The notes under the pieces were generated by a model, which saw only the letters and a program-made list of their open reading frames with translations, was not told the origin of the DNA and searched no databases. The position numbers were made by a program, and so were the translations under genes. Below are positions 20,728-31,100 of a stretch of DNA of 64,000 nucleotides, one piece after another (position 1 is the stretch's first letter; each line of letters starts with the position of its first letter). Origin of the DNA: Phycisphaerae bacterium (GTDB lineage Bacteria > Planctomycetota > Phycisphaerae > UBA1845); contig CAXXGO010000006.1 of NCBI GenBank assembly GCA_963666835.2, positions 832,001-896,000 of the forward strand, given 5' to 3'.

Positions 20728-22503
20728 ATGTATCGGCCAATACTCGAGCGGGGGCGCCCCGGCCGAATCCCAATCGGTATCGCTATTATCGCGGCGGCGG
20801 TTCTTAATGCCGGGCCGACGGTAATCTGCTGCGCTGCACCAGACCCGTTCGGCGATCCCGCAACGGCGCATGCGGATTTGGTGATCGTTGGAGCCAAGAT
20901 CTGGACCGGCGTACCCAAGAGCGAGGCAAGTAGCGTTCGCCCGGGCTTTGCCACGGCGCTGGCCGTCACCGGTGAAGTGATATCCGTCGTGGGAAGTGAT
21001 GCGGCCGCACGGACGCTCGTGGGTCCGGGCACGACAGTTATCGAGGCGAAGGGTCGACGGGTCATTCCTGGGATTACCGATAGCCACACGCATCTGATTG
21101 CCGGTGGTTTTCAACTTGCGCGCTTGATGTTACGCGATGTGAGTGGCCGAGAGGAGTTCGTTCGCGCGGTGGAGCAAGCGGCCCGAGCCAAGAAGCCCGG
21201 TGAGTGGCTGCTGGGCGGTCGATGGAGCGTCGAGAGTTGGCGTGATCCAACGCCCCCGAACAAGAGCTGGATCGATCCTTCTACACGTGATATCCCGGTG
21301 TACCTGACGCGTATGGACGGGCACCAGGCGCTGGTGAATTCCGCGGCGCTGCAACTGGCCGGGATAGACTCCGTCGGCCCGAAGGACCCGCCCGGAGGCG
21401 AGATCGAACGAGATCCCAAGACCGGCGAGCCGACCGGGATTCTTAAAGAATCAGCCCGGGACCTGGTGAAAGATCTGATCCCCGAGCCGGACGCCGCCGA
21501 ACGGTACGAGGCCTTCCGCCGGGCGATGGAGCATGCGAACTCGCTTGGCATCACCTCGGTCCACGATATGAGTGTGCCGGCGGATCTGGAGGCGTTCCGG
21601 TTGGCTGCCGCTGACAGTGCCATGACCCTGCGCGTTACCACGTACTTGATGGACGTCAGTGATTGGACGGTGTTCTTCGACGAAATCTCGGCAGGAACCC
21701 TGAACACGAAGATGTTCCACTTGCCGGGGTTCAAGGGATTCATGGATGGATCTCTGGGTAGCCGAACGGCCTACATGCGCGAACCGTATAGTGACGCCGC
21801 CCCGGATGCGCCGTACCCCCGCGGGCAGCTTGCCGCCATGGCGGATCCGCCGGAGTCGTTTCGAGAGCGCGTTGCCACGGTAGACGCTCGCGGCCTGCAA
21901 CTGGCCGTTCACTCCATTGGTGACGAAGCCAACCACCTTCTACTTAACGCCTACGAAGCCGCCGCCGCTAAGAACGGAGCTCGCGACGCTCGCCACCGGG
22001 TGGAACATGCCCAGCACCTGCTGGTTTCGGACATCCCGCGTTTTGCCGCCCTCGGCGTCGTGGCTTCGATGCAGCCGCTCCACAAGGCGGACGACGGCCG
22101 CTACGCCGAAAAGGCCCTCGGGCGTAAGCGCCTGGCCGGGTCATACGCCTACCGGCAATTACTCGACTCGGGCGCTTTAGTGTGCTTCGGCAGCGATTGG
22201 CCGGTGGTTTCGCTCAACCCGTTTCTGGGGATGATGTCAGCCGTCAACGCGCGCACTCTTGACGGCAAGGTGTGGTTAGCGTCGCATTCGACGACGTTTG
22301 AAGAGGCGTTGCGGGCGTACACGGTGTCCCCGCCGCGTGCGATCCACTGCGAAGACCGTTTCGGAACGATCGAGCCGGGCAAGCTGGCCGATCTGGTCGT
22401 TCTGGCAGATGACCCGTTTTCGCTGAGCCCGGATCAAATCGGCGACGTCAGAGTGGATCTTACAATCGTCGGCGGGAAGGTCGTCTACACCAGACCGGAT
22501 TGA
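20728..22503 (+). CDS. Metal-dependent amidohydrolase (YtcJ/Amidohydro_3-like), probably exported
   Basis: PGITDSHTH, KGFMDGSLGSRTA, HSIGD, RVEHAQ and GSDWPV motifs. Confidence 0.9.
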   Translation: MYRPILERGRPGRIPIGIAIIAAAVLNAGPTVICCAAPDPFGDPATAHADLVIVGAKIWTGVPKSEASSVRPGFATALAVTGEVISVVGSDAAARTLVGPGTTVIEAKGRRVIPGITDSHTHLIAGGFQLARLMLRDVSGREEFVRAVEQAARAKKPGEWLLGGRWSVESWRDPTPPNKSWIDPSTRDIPVYLTRMDGHQALVNSAALQLAGIDSVGPKDPPGGEIERDPKTGEPTGILKESARDLVKDLIPEPDAAERYEAFRRAMEHANSLGITSVHDMSVPADLEAFRLAAADSAMTLRVTTYLMDVSDWTVFFDEISAGTLNTKMFHLPGFKGFMDGSLGSRTAYMREPYSDAAPDAPYPRGQLAAMADPPESFRERVATVDARGLQLAVHSIGDEANHLLLNAYEAAAAKNGARDARHRVEHAQHLLVSDIPRFAALGVVASMQPLHKADDGRYAEKALGRKRLAGSYAYRQLLDSGALVCFGSDWPVVSLNPFLGMMSAVNARTLDGKVWLASHSTTFEEALRAYTVSPPRAIHCEDRFGTIEPGKLADLVVLADDPFSLSPDQIGDVRVDLTIVGGKVVYTRPD

Positions 22504-22761
22504 CTTCGGCGCCGGACCTGCCGGTGTTCTCCTTCCGGATTGTATCCCAACCCCCGATACGGGGTTGCCGCGCAGAGCGGGATGCCCCGGGGGATCCGGG
22601 GACCACAATCAGCAGCCCATTCTTGGCGCTTGCCGATCGGGCGTTTAGGCTAGGGCTTGGCCGAGGCGGCCTCAAAGCCATCTCGGCGTTTTGAACACGG
22701 GTGGATCAGCACGGTTGCTGCCCCCCGACCGCCTCCGGCATAACGCAAGGCCGAAGGCGAT

Positions 22762-22835
<74 letters not shown>

Positions 22836-22961
22836 TGTTGACAGCGTTTGTCTGGCGTCCATAACTCTTGCCAGCAACGCCACTTATGGCACTTCGGTTT
22901 CTCGGTTCCGGTGACACGCTTCTGTCAGAAATTGCCCCCGATATGCACCGTTTGCCGGAGT

Positions 22962-22985
22962 TTGGTGTAAGCATTGGTGTAAGCA
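22962..22985. repeat. 12-bp tandem direct repeat downstream of the tRNA
   Basis: TTGGTGTAAGCA twice. Confidence 0.8.
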
Positions 22986-23217
22986 AACTCGACCCGTTTT
23001 CGGTGGGTTCGGCCGGTCCGGTTGCCGTCTGCTGACGGTCCTCCCGACACCGTCGGCGGTCCCGTCGAGACTATCGGGCACCATCGGAGACCAGTTTCAT
23101 CGGGTACTCGCTCTTCGCGCATGACCGGAGTTGAGGTCGCTGTTACATAGCATTCTCTCTGTCAAGAGCCGTGGGGCGCGCGACTGGCGGAGGTGGGACA
23201 GTGCCTTCTTCCGCGTG

Positions 23218-23856
23218 TCATCGCGGGGCTGACGCCGCGGAGGTCTTTGCATCGGGCTGGGAGTCGACCCCGTTCCGGACTTCTCTCAGAAGCTGCTTAC
23301 CGTTGCGGACCGCGCCGTCCATTGCCTCAAGCAACTCGTGGGTATCAGTGGGTTTGCCTTCTTTGGCGATGGTTTCCGCACGGTCGCCATGGCTGGCACC
23401 ACGCAATCGGCGGGCAAGTCTGGCCTCTTCAATAAGTGCTGACTGGCGTTTGGTGACCTCAAGCAAGTCGCGGCTTTTCGCGAGCAGGTCCTTTTGTTCG
23501 AGGGCGCGACGGATCGTTATCGCAAGGTCGATTTCGTTGCAGGGTTTGGTGAAGAACTGGTACACCTTCCCCTCGTTAATGGCGCGCAACGCGGTCGGAA
23601 GTGTTGGGTTTCCTGTTAGTACGATCCGGACCGTATCCGGGTACCCCTGCGCCACCCTGCCAAGGAACTCTGTCCCAGACATGCCGGGCATCTCTTCGTC
23701 AGAGACAATGAGATCGACACTGCGATCCTCGAGGAGTGTGGCCGCCTCCTCGGCTGAGTTGGCGGTCAGAATCTCGTACGGCTCCTTGCGCAGAACGCGA
23801 GTCAGTCCATCCAAGACGTTGGGTTCATCATCGATAAGAAGTACGGTGTGGCTCAT
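23218..23856 (-). CDS. Response regulator (REC domain plus unknown tail)
   Basis: LLIDDE, IVSDEEMPGMSG and FFTKP motifs. Confidence 0.9.
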   Translation of the reverse strand: MSHTVLLIDDEPNVLDGLTRVLRKEPYEILTANSAEEAATLLEDRSVDLIVSDEEMPGMSGTEFLGRVAQGYPDTVRIVLTGNPTLPTALRAINEGKVYQFFTKPCNEIDLAITIRRALEQKDLLAKSRDLLEVTKRQSALIEEARLARRLRGASHGDRAETIAKEGKPTDTHELLEAMDGAVRNGKQLLREVRNGVDSQPDAKTSAASAPR

Positions 23857-23875
23857 ATCATCTTCTCCAATTCGC

Positions 23876-25045
23876 CTACGCTCGCGCGGTCACGGGAGAA
23901 CAGACATCGCTTCGTACGAGAACGCGAATAGGCTCGCTGATCTTGCGTTTGCGGGCGAAGTTCTTTAGCCGCTGGCAGACTGAAGACGTTACGTCTTGCC
24001 CTTTCCCAACCAGTATGACGCCATCCTCCGTCGTCACATCCTCCGCCAACGTCATTGAGGCCGTAAGATCCTTCAGTTTGACTTCTTGAATCTCGAAAGT
24101 CTCCTCAAAGCCGATCACCGTTTCGAGTGCCTTGAGAATATCGGGATCGTACCACCCCGAGCGTTGACGCAGCTCGACGGTCACGTTTATTTCGGTCAGG
24201 CCGGTCCATTTGAGCGCGTTGTAGTCCAACGCCACCTTCAGAACACGGGCTCCGAGTGGAATTTCTGTGCCAGCGACAGAGTCCACTGGCGGGCCTGTTC
24301 CATCGAAACGCTTCTGCTGATAGGCAATGATTTGGGCAACACCCTCCAGTCTTGGGATGTTGACGACCAGGTCACGACCGGCCGCCGGGTGCGACTCGAA
24401 TATCTCTGATTCTGCAGGTGTGAGCGTCCTGCAATGGTAGATCTTCTCCAGCGTATCCGGTGGTATCGTGACGCATCCGAGCTGAGACAACATGGCTGCG
24501 ACTTCGACCTCCCAGGCCCGTTCGACGTTCAGTTCCTTGCAGAGTTGACCGACGAGACGGCGACTGCGCGAAGCGTAGCCGAATGCCGTGGGGTTCGTAA
24601 GCGAGAGGACGTCGTTGAGAACCTTGATGCTACCCCGGAGGGTCTTTCCCAGCAGTTCCTTTTCTGCGGTGACAAGGCGGTATTGTTCTATTCCGGCGGT
24701 CAGAGCTTTTGCCAGCTTGTCCGGAGGGCAGGGCTTGGTGAGGAACCGGAAGATGCTGCCTTCGTTCACGGCCTCCATGGCTGTCTGCTGGTCCGAGTTG
24801 CCGGTGAGCATAATCCGCACACTCTCCGGCGCCCGCTTCTTCATGGTGGCGAGAAGCTGGACGCCATCCATGCCGGGCATGCGCATGTCGGACACGATCA
24901 CCGCATAAGGACTCTGGGGATCGAGCATCCCTAGAGCCTGTTCGCCCCCGAGTGCCGTTTCGATCTGGAACTGTTTCCGTAGCCCGCGTTTATAGGCGTC
25001 CAGGATGTTCGCGTCGTCGTCGACACAGAGGATTCTCGCGCTCAT
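23876..25045 (-). CDS. Response regulator with degenerate HD-GYP-like domain
   Basis: REC domain; the HD position reads LSQLG and the GYP position reads FDGTGPP. Confidence 0.85.
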   Translation of the reverse strand: MSARILCVDDDANILDAYKRGLRKQFQIETALGGEQALGMLDPQSPYAVIVSDMRMPGMDGVQLLATMKKRAPESVRIMLTGNSDQQTAMEAVNEGSIFRFLTKPCPPDKLAKALTAGIEQYRLVTAEKELLGKTLRGSIKVLNDVLSLTNPTAFGYASRSRRLVGQLCKELNVERAWEVEVAAMLSQLGCVTIPPDTLEKIYHCRTLTPAESEIFESHPAAGRDLVVNIPRLEGVAQIIAYQQKRFDGTGPPVDSVAGTEIPLGARVLKVALDYNALKWTGLTEINVTVELRQRSGWYDPDILKALETVIGFEETFEIQEVKLKDLTASMTLAEDVTTEDGVILVGKGQDVTSSVCQRLKNFARKRKISEPIRVLVRSDVCSPVTARA

Positions 25046-26253
25046 GCTTCTACTCCGACCTGAGAGACCTCGTTGCGCGCTGATTGCCAGACCGGAACTC
25101 GATCCGCCATGCCGAGTTGATTAAGATAATCGACATCCAGCCCCTCTACAGCTGCAGCCCGGTCTTCACCGTACCACTCGTGTGCCAGGGCATTGGCGAC
25201 ATGTACGGCCGTGAGCGGGGCGAAGGAGTCACCAAAGGACTTGTTCGGGCAGTGGTGGAAGGCGGTGGCCTCCACCATAGACTCCGGGAGACCCCAAAGA
25301 CCGAGTAAGTAGGCCCCCACATCCGCGTGTGTTGCCCCGAGGACCGCTCGCTCCGCCTCGCAGAGTGAGACACGTTTCTCCCGCATGAACACCATGACCT
25401 CGCCGTACTGGTCAGCCATGTTCTGGACCAGGATGAGTTTGCCTACATCGTGTAAGAACCCTGCCATAAAAGAGGCATCTACGGTCTCTTTCGTGGCTTT
25501 CTCGGCTATGGCGATTTGCTTTGCTATCGCCGCGGTTTCCGCACAGTGTTTCTGCAGCGACTCCGGCACGAGGCCCTCAATTGCGGCACCTTCGAACTGT
25601 GAAAAAACATCGATGCTAAGAACAAGAGCCTTGATTGTCTCAGTGCCCAACAGGCTCGCTGCTTGCGCCGGGCTGGAGACCTTCCGGGGAAGCCCGAAAA
25701 ACGCGGAGTTGACCAGTTGAAGAATCTTGGCCGTCATGCCGGGGTCTTCCGCTACGATATCCCCTATGCGTGCTACCGATGCGTCCGGGTATTGCAGCTC
25801 CTCCATTAGCTCCGTGTACAAGGCGGGCAAACTGGGAACCGATTTCACGCGCGATAATGCCTGCTTGAGTGTCTCATCTGACAGGAGGTCTCGCAGGGCG
25901 AAAGTCCGGTTTACCGTCTGCTTCAGTTTCTCCGGGTCGCACGGCTTTGCCAGGAACTGATGTGCCACGCCGACTGACTTCAGGGTCGCCTCCTTGGAGG
26001 ACTGTCCTGAAAGGACGATACGTACGACCTGTGGGTACTGCCGTGTGACCTCCGTCAGCAAGGCCGCTCCATCCATGCCAGGCATGCGCATATCGGAGAC
26101 GATCACATCGAACGGCCGTTCGGCCAGGGCGCCAAGGGCTTCCTGGCTACTCTGTGCGAACGCCATATCCCACTCGCGGCGCATCGGTCGGAGCATTCGT
26201 CGGAGGCCTTCTAGTACGCTCGGTTCGTCGTCGACAAACAGAATGCTCTTCAT
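25042..26253 (-). CDS. Response regulator with HDOD domain
   Basis: REC domain; DPGMTAKILQLVNSAFFG, LHDVGK and WGLP motifs. Confidence 0.9.
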   Translation of the reverse strand: MKSILFVDDEPSVLEGLRRMLRPMRREWDMAFAQSSQEALGALAERPFDVIVSDMRMPGMDGAALLTEVTRQYPQVVRIVLSGQSSKEATLKSVGVAHQFLAKPCDPEKLKQTVNRTFALRDLLSDETLKQALSRVKSVPSLPALYTELMEELQYPDASVARIGDIVAEDPGMTAKILQLVNSAFFGLPRKVSSPAQAASLLGTETIKALVLSIDVFSQFEGAAIEGLVPESLQKHCAETAAIAKQIAIAEKATKETVDASFMAGFLHDVGKLILVQNMADQYGEVMVFMREKRVSLCEAERAVLGATHADVGAYLLGLWGLPESMVEATAFHHCPNKSFGDSFAPLTAVHVANALAHEWYGEDRAAAVEGLDVDYLNQLGMADRVPVWQSARNEVSQVGVEA

Positions 26254-27485
26254 CCGGCTATCCCCTCGCTGCCAGACCAGCAGGTTTCATCGACAAGCAG
26301 CGGGTCGATGAGCTCTCGCCACGCGTCCACCCGGGGGGCAAGGCCAAGTCGGCTTAGATGATCGGTGTCAAGCTGGCTGCGACTACCGCACTCGTGCTGG
26401 ACCTGCCGCTCGTGGGCGAACGCATTGGCGACATGGACGGCGGTTACGGGGCCGAACGCAACTCCCGCCAGCGCGTCGGGTGTGTGGTGGTATGCCACCG
26501 CCGCCACCACTGGATCCGGGAGTCCCCACAGAGCCAGCAGGTACGCGCCGACTTCCGCGTGTGTGGCACCGAATACCTCGCGTTCACTCTGCACGGGTTC
26601 AATGCCTCGTTCGCTGGCCTTGTTCAATGCATCTCGATACTGCGCTGCGAGGGCCTGGCCAAGGACGAGCTTGCCGGCGTCGTGCAGAAGACCGCCCGTG
26701 AACGCTTCGTCTGTTTCTTGCCTATCCAAGCGCTCTGCGAGGGCTATTTGCTTTGCCGCCGTCGCGACACGGACGGAATGGTCCCACAGCGTCTCAAAAT
26801 CAAGGCCGGCCGAAGTGCTATCGCCGAATTGCGAGAACACACCGACACCCAGCACGAGTGCCTTGATTGTGTCGGCGCCCAGCAGGGCGACTGCTTGAGA
26901 GGGGCTTGAGATGTGCCGAGGCATACCAAAGAAGGCTGAGTTGACGAGCTGAAGCACCTTGGCTGTCATAGCCGGGTCTCTTCCTACGATGTCCCCCACC
27001 TTCTTGACGGTCATCCCCTCGCCCTGGACTTCCGCAATGAGCTCTGCATAGAGACTCGGCAGACTCGGCAGGGATTCTACTTGTGTTAGAAGCTGCGCAA
27101 GTGATTGATCTCGCAGTGTTTCCCGGAGTTCAAGCGCCCGCGCAATGGCCCTTTCCAAGGCTTCTCTATCACATGGTTTAGTCAGATACTGGTGTGCCAG
27201 GCCCACGGACCTGACGGCGGTCTTCTTGGACGAGTGCCCGGAAAGTACTATTCGGATGATGTGCGGGTACTGCCGGGCGACTTCGGCCAGAAGCGTTGGG
27301 CCATCCATGCCCGGCATCCGCATGTCGGTTATAAGAACGTCAAAGGGCTCTTCTGTCAGCACTGCAAGAGCATCTTGACCGCCTGATGCGAACCTCATTT
27401 GCCATTGACGCCGTTTGGGGCGAAGCATGCGTCGTAACCCTTGCAGTACGCTTTCTTCGTCATCCACGAATAGGATTCTGGTCAC
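26250..27485 (-). CDS. Response regulator with HDOD domain (paralogue of 25042..26253)
   Basis: Same motifs. GTG start at 27485 overlaps the upstream stop. Confidence 0.9.
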   Translation of the reverse strand: MTRILFVDDEESVLQGLRRMLRPKRRQWQMRFASGGQDALAVLTEEPFDVLITDMRMPGMDGPTLLAEVARQYPHIIRIVLSGHSSKKTAVRSVGLAHQYLTKPCDREALERAIARALELRETLRDQSLAQLLTQVESLPSLPSLYAELIAEVQGEGMTVKKVGDIVGRDPAMTAKVLQLVNSAFFGMPRHISSPSQAVALLGADTIKALVLGVGVFSQFGDSTSAGLDFETLWDHSVRVATAAKQIALAERLDRQETDEAFTGGLLHDAGKLVLGQALAAQYRDALNKASERGIEPVQSEREVFGATHAEVGAYLLALWGLPDPVVAAVAYHHTPDALAGVAFGPVTAVHVANAFAHERQVQHECGSRSQLDTDHLSRLGLAPRVDAWRELIDPLLVDETCWSGSEGIAG

Positions 27486-28141
27486 AGCTGGGCCCCCCGA
27501 CCTATTGAACAACACATATCGTCCGCCAACTCGGCTCGAATTGCCTGGAACTCGTCGATCGTGTCGCTAAAGGCAGCGTACACGTCTGGGGCAAAGTGCC
27601 GTCCGGCTTCATTCGCGATGATCTCGAGTGCCTTGTCCTCAGAGTGGGCTCGCTTGTATGGTCTCTCCGAGCGCACGGCGTCGTACACGTCGGCGACGGC
27701 AACGATCCGCGACTCAAGCGGAATCTCTTCTCCCACCAGTCCGGCCGGATAGCCGCTGCCGTCCCAGCGTTCATGGTGGGTCAGGGCAACTGAGGCGGCC
27801 ATGGCCAGGACCGGATTCCGAGGTCGCGTCAGCGGTACCGCCGGCTCACCATATGAGGCCAGCAGTGCGCTTCGGGGGCGGGGATCCTCCCGGAGAATCT
27901 CTGCCCCGATCTGGCAATGTGCGCTCATGATCTCCCACTCTTCGTCGGAGAACCCGTCCTTTCCTGGCATGCTCACGTCTGACACAACGGCATCGAAATC
28001 GCTCGCGTGCATCACCTCCAACGCTGCATCTGCGCCACCAACGAAGCTCATGTCCCAGCGGCCTCGTTCGGCGCGCAGCATGCGCCGCAGTCCATCCAGG
28101 ACGCTCGGCTCGTCATCAACAAAGAGAATGCGTTTCTTCAT
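27482..28141 (-). pseudogene. REC/HD-GYP response regulator with an in-frame internal deletion
   Basis: REC breaks off at DVSMPGKDGF and joins SDEEWEIM...HHERWDGSGYP. The REC C-half and the HD dyad are missing. Confidence 0.7.
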
Positions 28142-31100
28142 GAGAGTCCGCTCTTGCGTTCTCACCAGGTTTCGCCTCCAGCGGTAGACGGATGACGAAT
28201 GTGGTCCCGTGGCCTGCTTCGCTCTCAACGCTGAGCTCGCCGCCGTGCTTCTTGACTACCGTGGTACGTGCGATGGCCAACCCCTGGCCAGTTCCCTTAC
28301 CGACATCCTTGGTAGTGAAGAACGGGTCAAAGACCTTGGACTGGAGAGTCTCGGGGATGCCGGTTCCCGTGTCGCTGACACGAATCTCGACCCAGTCACC
28401 GTCCCGCCGCGTTGAGATCGTGATGGTCCCCTTGTCACCGCTGTCCTTACCCACTACGTCGGTAATCGCGTGGGCCGCGTTGACGATCATGTTCAGGATC
28501 ACCTGATTGAAGTCGCCCAGTAAGCAAGGCACGAGTGGAAGCAATGAATCGAAGTCGGTGACCATCTCCGCAACATATTTCCACTCGTTCCGGGAGACCG
28601 TGAGCGTGCTCTCGATGGCCTTGTTAAGATCGGCCATTTGCTTTTCGTCGCCGCCGGGATGCGAGAATTCCTTCATGGACCGCACGATCCTGGCCACCCG
28701 TTCCACCCCCTCCAGCGACTGGGCAATCGCCTTGGGAATCTCCTCCCTGAGAAAGTCGATGTCGAGTTCCTCCAGGGCCGCCTTGATCTCAGCGGTTCGT
28801 TCATCCCAGTTGCGCGGTCCTCTGTCGGGGGCCAGGAGTTCGGCATACCGATCCACAATCTTGATTAGGTCCTGTACGCTGTCCTGGAGGAACCGTGTGT
28901 TGTCTCCGACGTACTGCGTGGGCGTGTTGATCTCGTGGGCGATGCCGGCGGCCAACTGTCCGATCGACTCCAGCTTCTGGGCCTCGCCCAGCTGGTGCTG
29001 GAGGATCTTTTGCTCCGTGATGTCCGCAGCGACAAGGAGAAACCCACCATGCTTGTCCGGGCCACCATTCAGAGGATTCAGGGTCATGCCGAGGAACCCG
29101 TCCGTACCGTCCAGCTTCTTGAAGCGTACTTCGTCCAGGCGTGTCGGCTTGGTCTTGGTGAGGCACTCCGATATGCCCTCCGCAACCGCGGCCTGATCCC
29201 ATTCAATCTCCAGTCGATCGAACACGCGCCCCTGAGCATCCTGTGCCCTGATGCCGAACGTGCGTTCAGCTGCCGCATTCCACGCCGTGACTCTGCCGTC
29301 TCTGTCTACGCCGATCAGTATGGATGAGATGGACTCCAGCAACAGCTTGGTTTGCGTGTGCGCTTCTTGTAGCTGCACCTCCGCCCGCTTGCGGGCGGTG
29401 ATATCGGTGAGCACATTGGCATACCACTTGGGGACCCCGTGTTCGTCACGGATCGCGAATATGTTGTTGAAGGTCGGAGTGACCACACCGTTCGCGCCAT
29501 GGATGTCCAACTCGCCCACCCATTGACCTTCTCGGAGAACCGTGGGGAATATCTCGGCCACCAGTCTTTGCTGCGTTTCCTGATCATAGTACCCGGCGAC
29601 AACCTTACCGATCGTGTCGTCGCGGCTCTCCTCGCCAAACATCCTGCACAGCGATTCATTCGTATATTGGATGCGGCCCTCAAGATCTGCCCAGCCGAGG
29701 CCCTGACCGGACGCCTCGGCAAACTCCCGGAACATTGCGAGTTGTTCCTCCGCGCGCTTGCGGTCGGTGATGTCGCGAAACATCCCCTGCAGGAGTCTCA
29801 CATTGTCTATCTGAATGGAATTGACTTTGATGGCAACCTCTTTGATATCGCCCGTGCTGGTGATGATCTGCGTCTCCAGGATCAGCCCCTCGCTGTCCTG
29901 AGTGTGTTGCCTGAAGGTTCCGGAGAGTCCATCAACGAGCTCCGAAGGAGGATGCAGTATCGACTGATGTTGCCCGATCAGTTCAGATTTGTCTCTGCCA
30001 ACCAGTTCGGCACCCGCACGGTTACAGTCAACTAACATGCCCGTATCCGCGTCAGCGAGGAATATACCGTCCCGGGCTTCTTCAAACAGTCTCCTGTGCC
30101 TCTCTTCACTCTTCCGTAGCGCCGTTTCCGCTTGCTTGCGGCTGGTGATGTCCTGGGCAATGCACACGATCCCGTGGACCGTGCCGTCATTGTTGCTCAT
30201 TACGGACCCTGACATGAGCACCGGGATCTTGTCGCCACTCCGGGCCACAAGTGATTTCTCGATATTGCTGATGAAACCGTTTTCCACGAGGTGGTGCAGC
30301 ACCGTGCGTTTGACGGGCAGGGCCCTCTGAGACAGAATAGGCTGGGCGGTGTCTTCTTCTTCTTCTTCTTCTTCTTCTTCTTCGGAGAAGAGCACGCTTC
30401 CTGGCTGTCCGACCAGCTCTTGTTGCGAATAGCCCAGCAACCTGCAGGTAGCCTCATTGACGGAGACAATCCTGCCATCTGGCGCCACAACGACGAGCAT
30501 GTCGATCATGGACTTGATGATGTTCTCGGTGTAGTCCTTTGCAGCTCGCAGCGCTTCCTCCGCCTTCTTGCGTTCTCTTGCCATGCGGTTAAAGGACTCT
30601 CCCAGCTGTGCCAGTTCATCGGCTCCGCTTACGCCGACGGTGGCGTCTAGGTTCCCCCGGCCAAGTGCAACGTTTGCGTCCGCCAAGCGTCTGACACGCC
30701 GAGACAGCGGTATCGCAACCGTGCCGCTCAGTCCCAGGGCTAGAAGCGTAGCACCGGCGGCAATCAGCAGAATATTGCCTCGGAGTGCAGCTACAGGCTG
30801 GAAAACCGTATCGGCAGGGTCTTCGAGCAGCAGGATCCAGCCCAGACCGTCGAAACTGCCAAAGCCCTGGGACTCTGCGTACACCGTCAGGTGTTTCTGC
30901 CCCGTCGCCTTGTCGAAGCGCTCGGTCATCAAGACATCTTCGTCCGTGACAAACGTGACGTTGCTGAAGTAGCGCGAACCATCGGAGAGGAAGGCCTCAG
31001 GGGTTTCTGCAGAGGACCGGATGATGCGCTTGTCCTTGGTGAACAGAACAAGTGGGTGATTGTGATCAGCGTGGTGGCAATTGACCGCCCTGCTGTCAAT

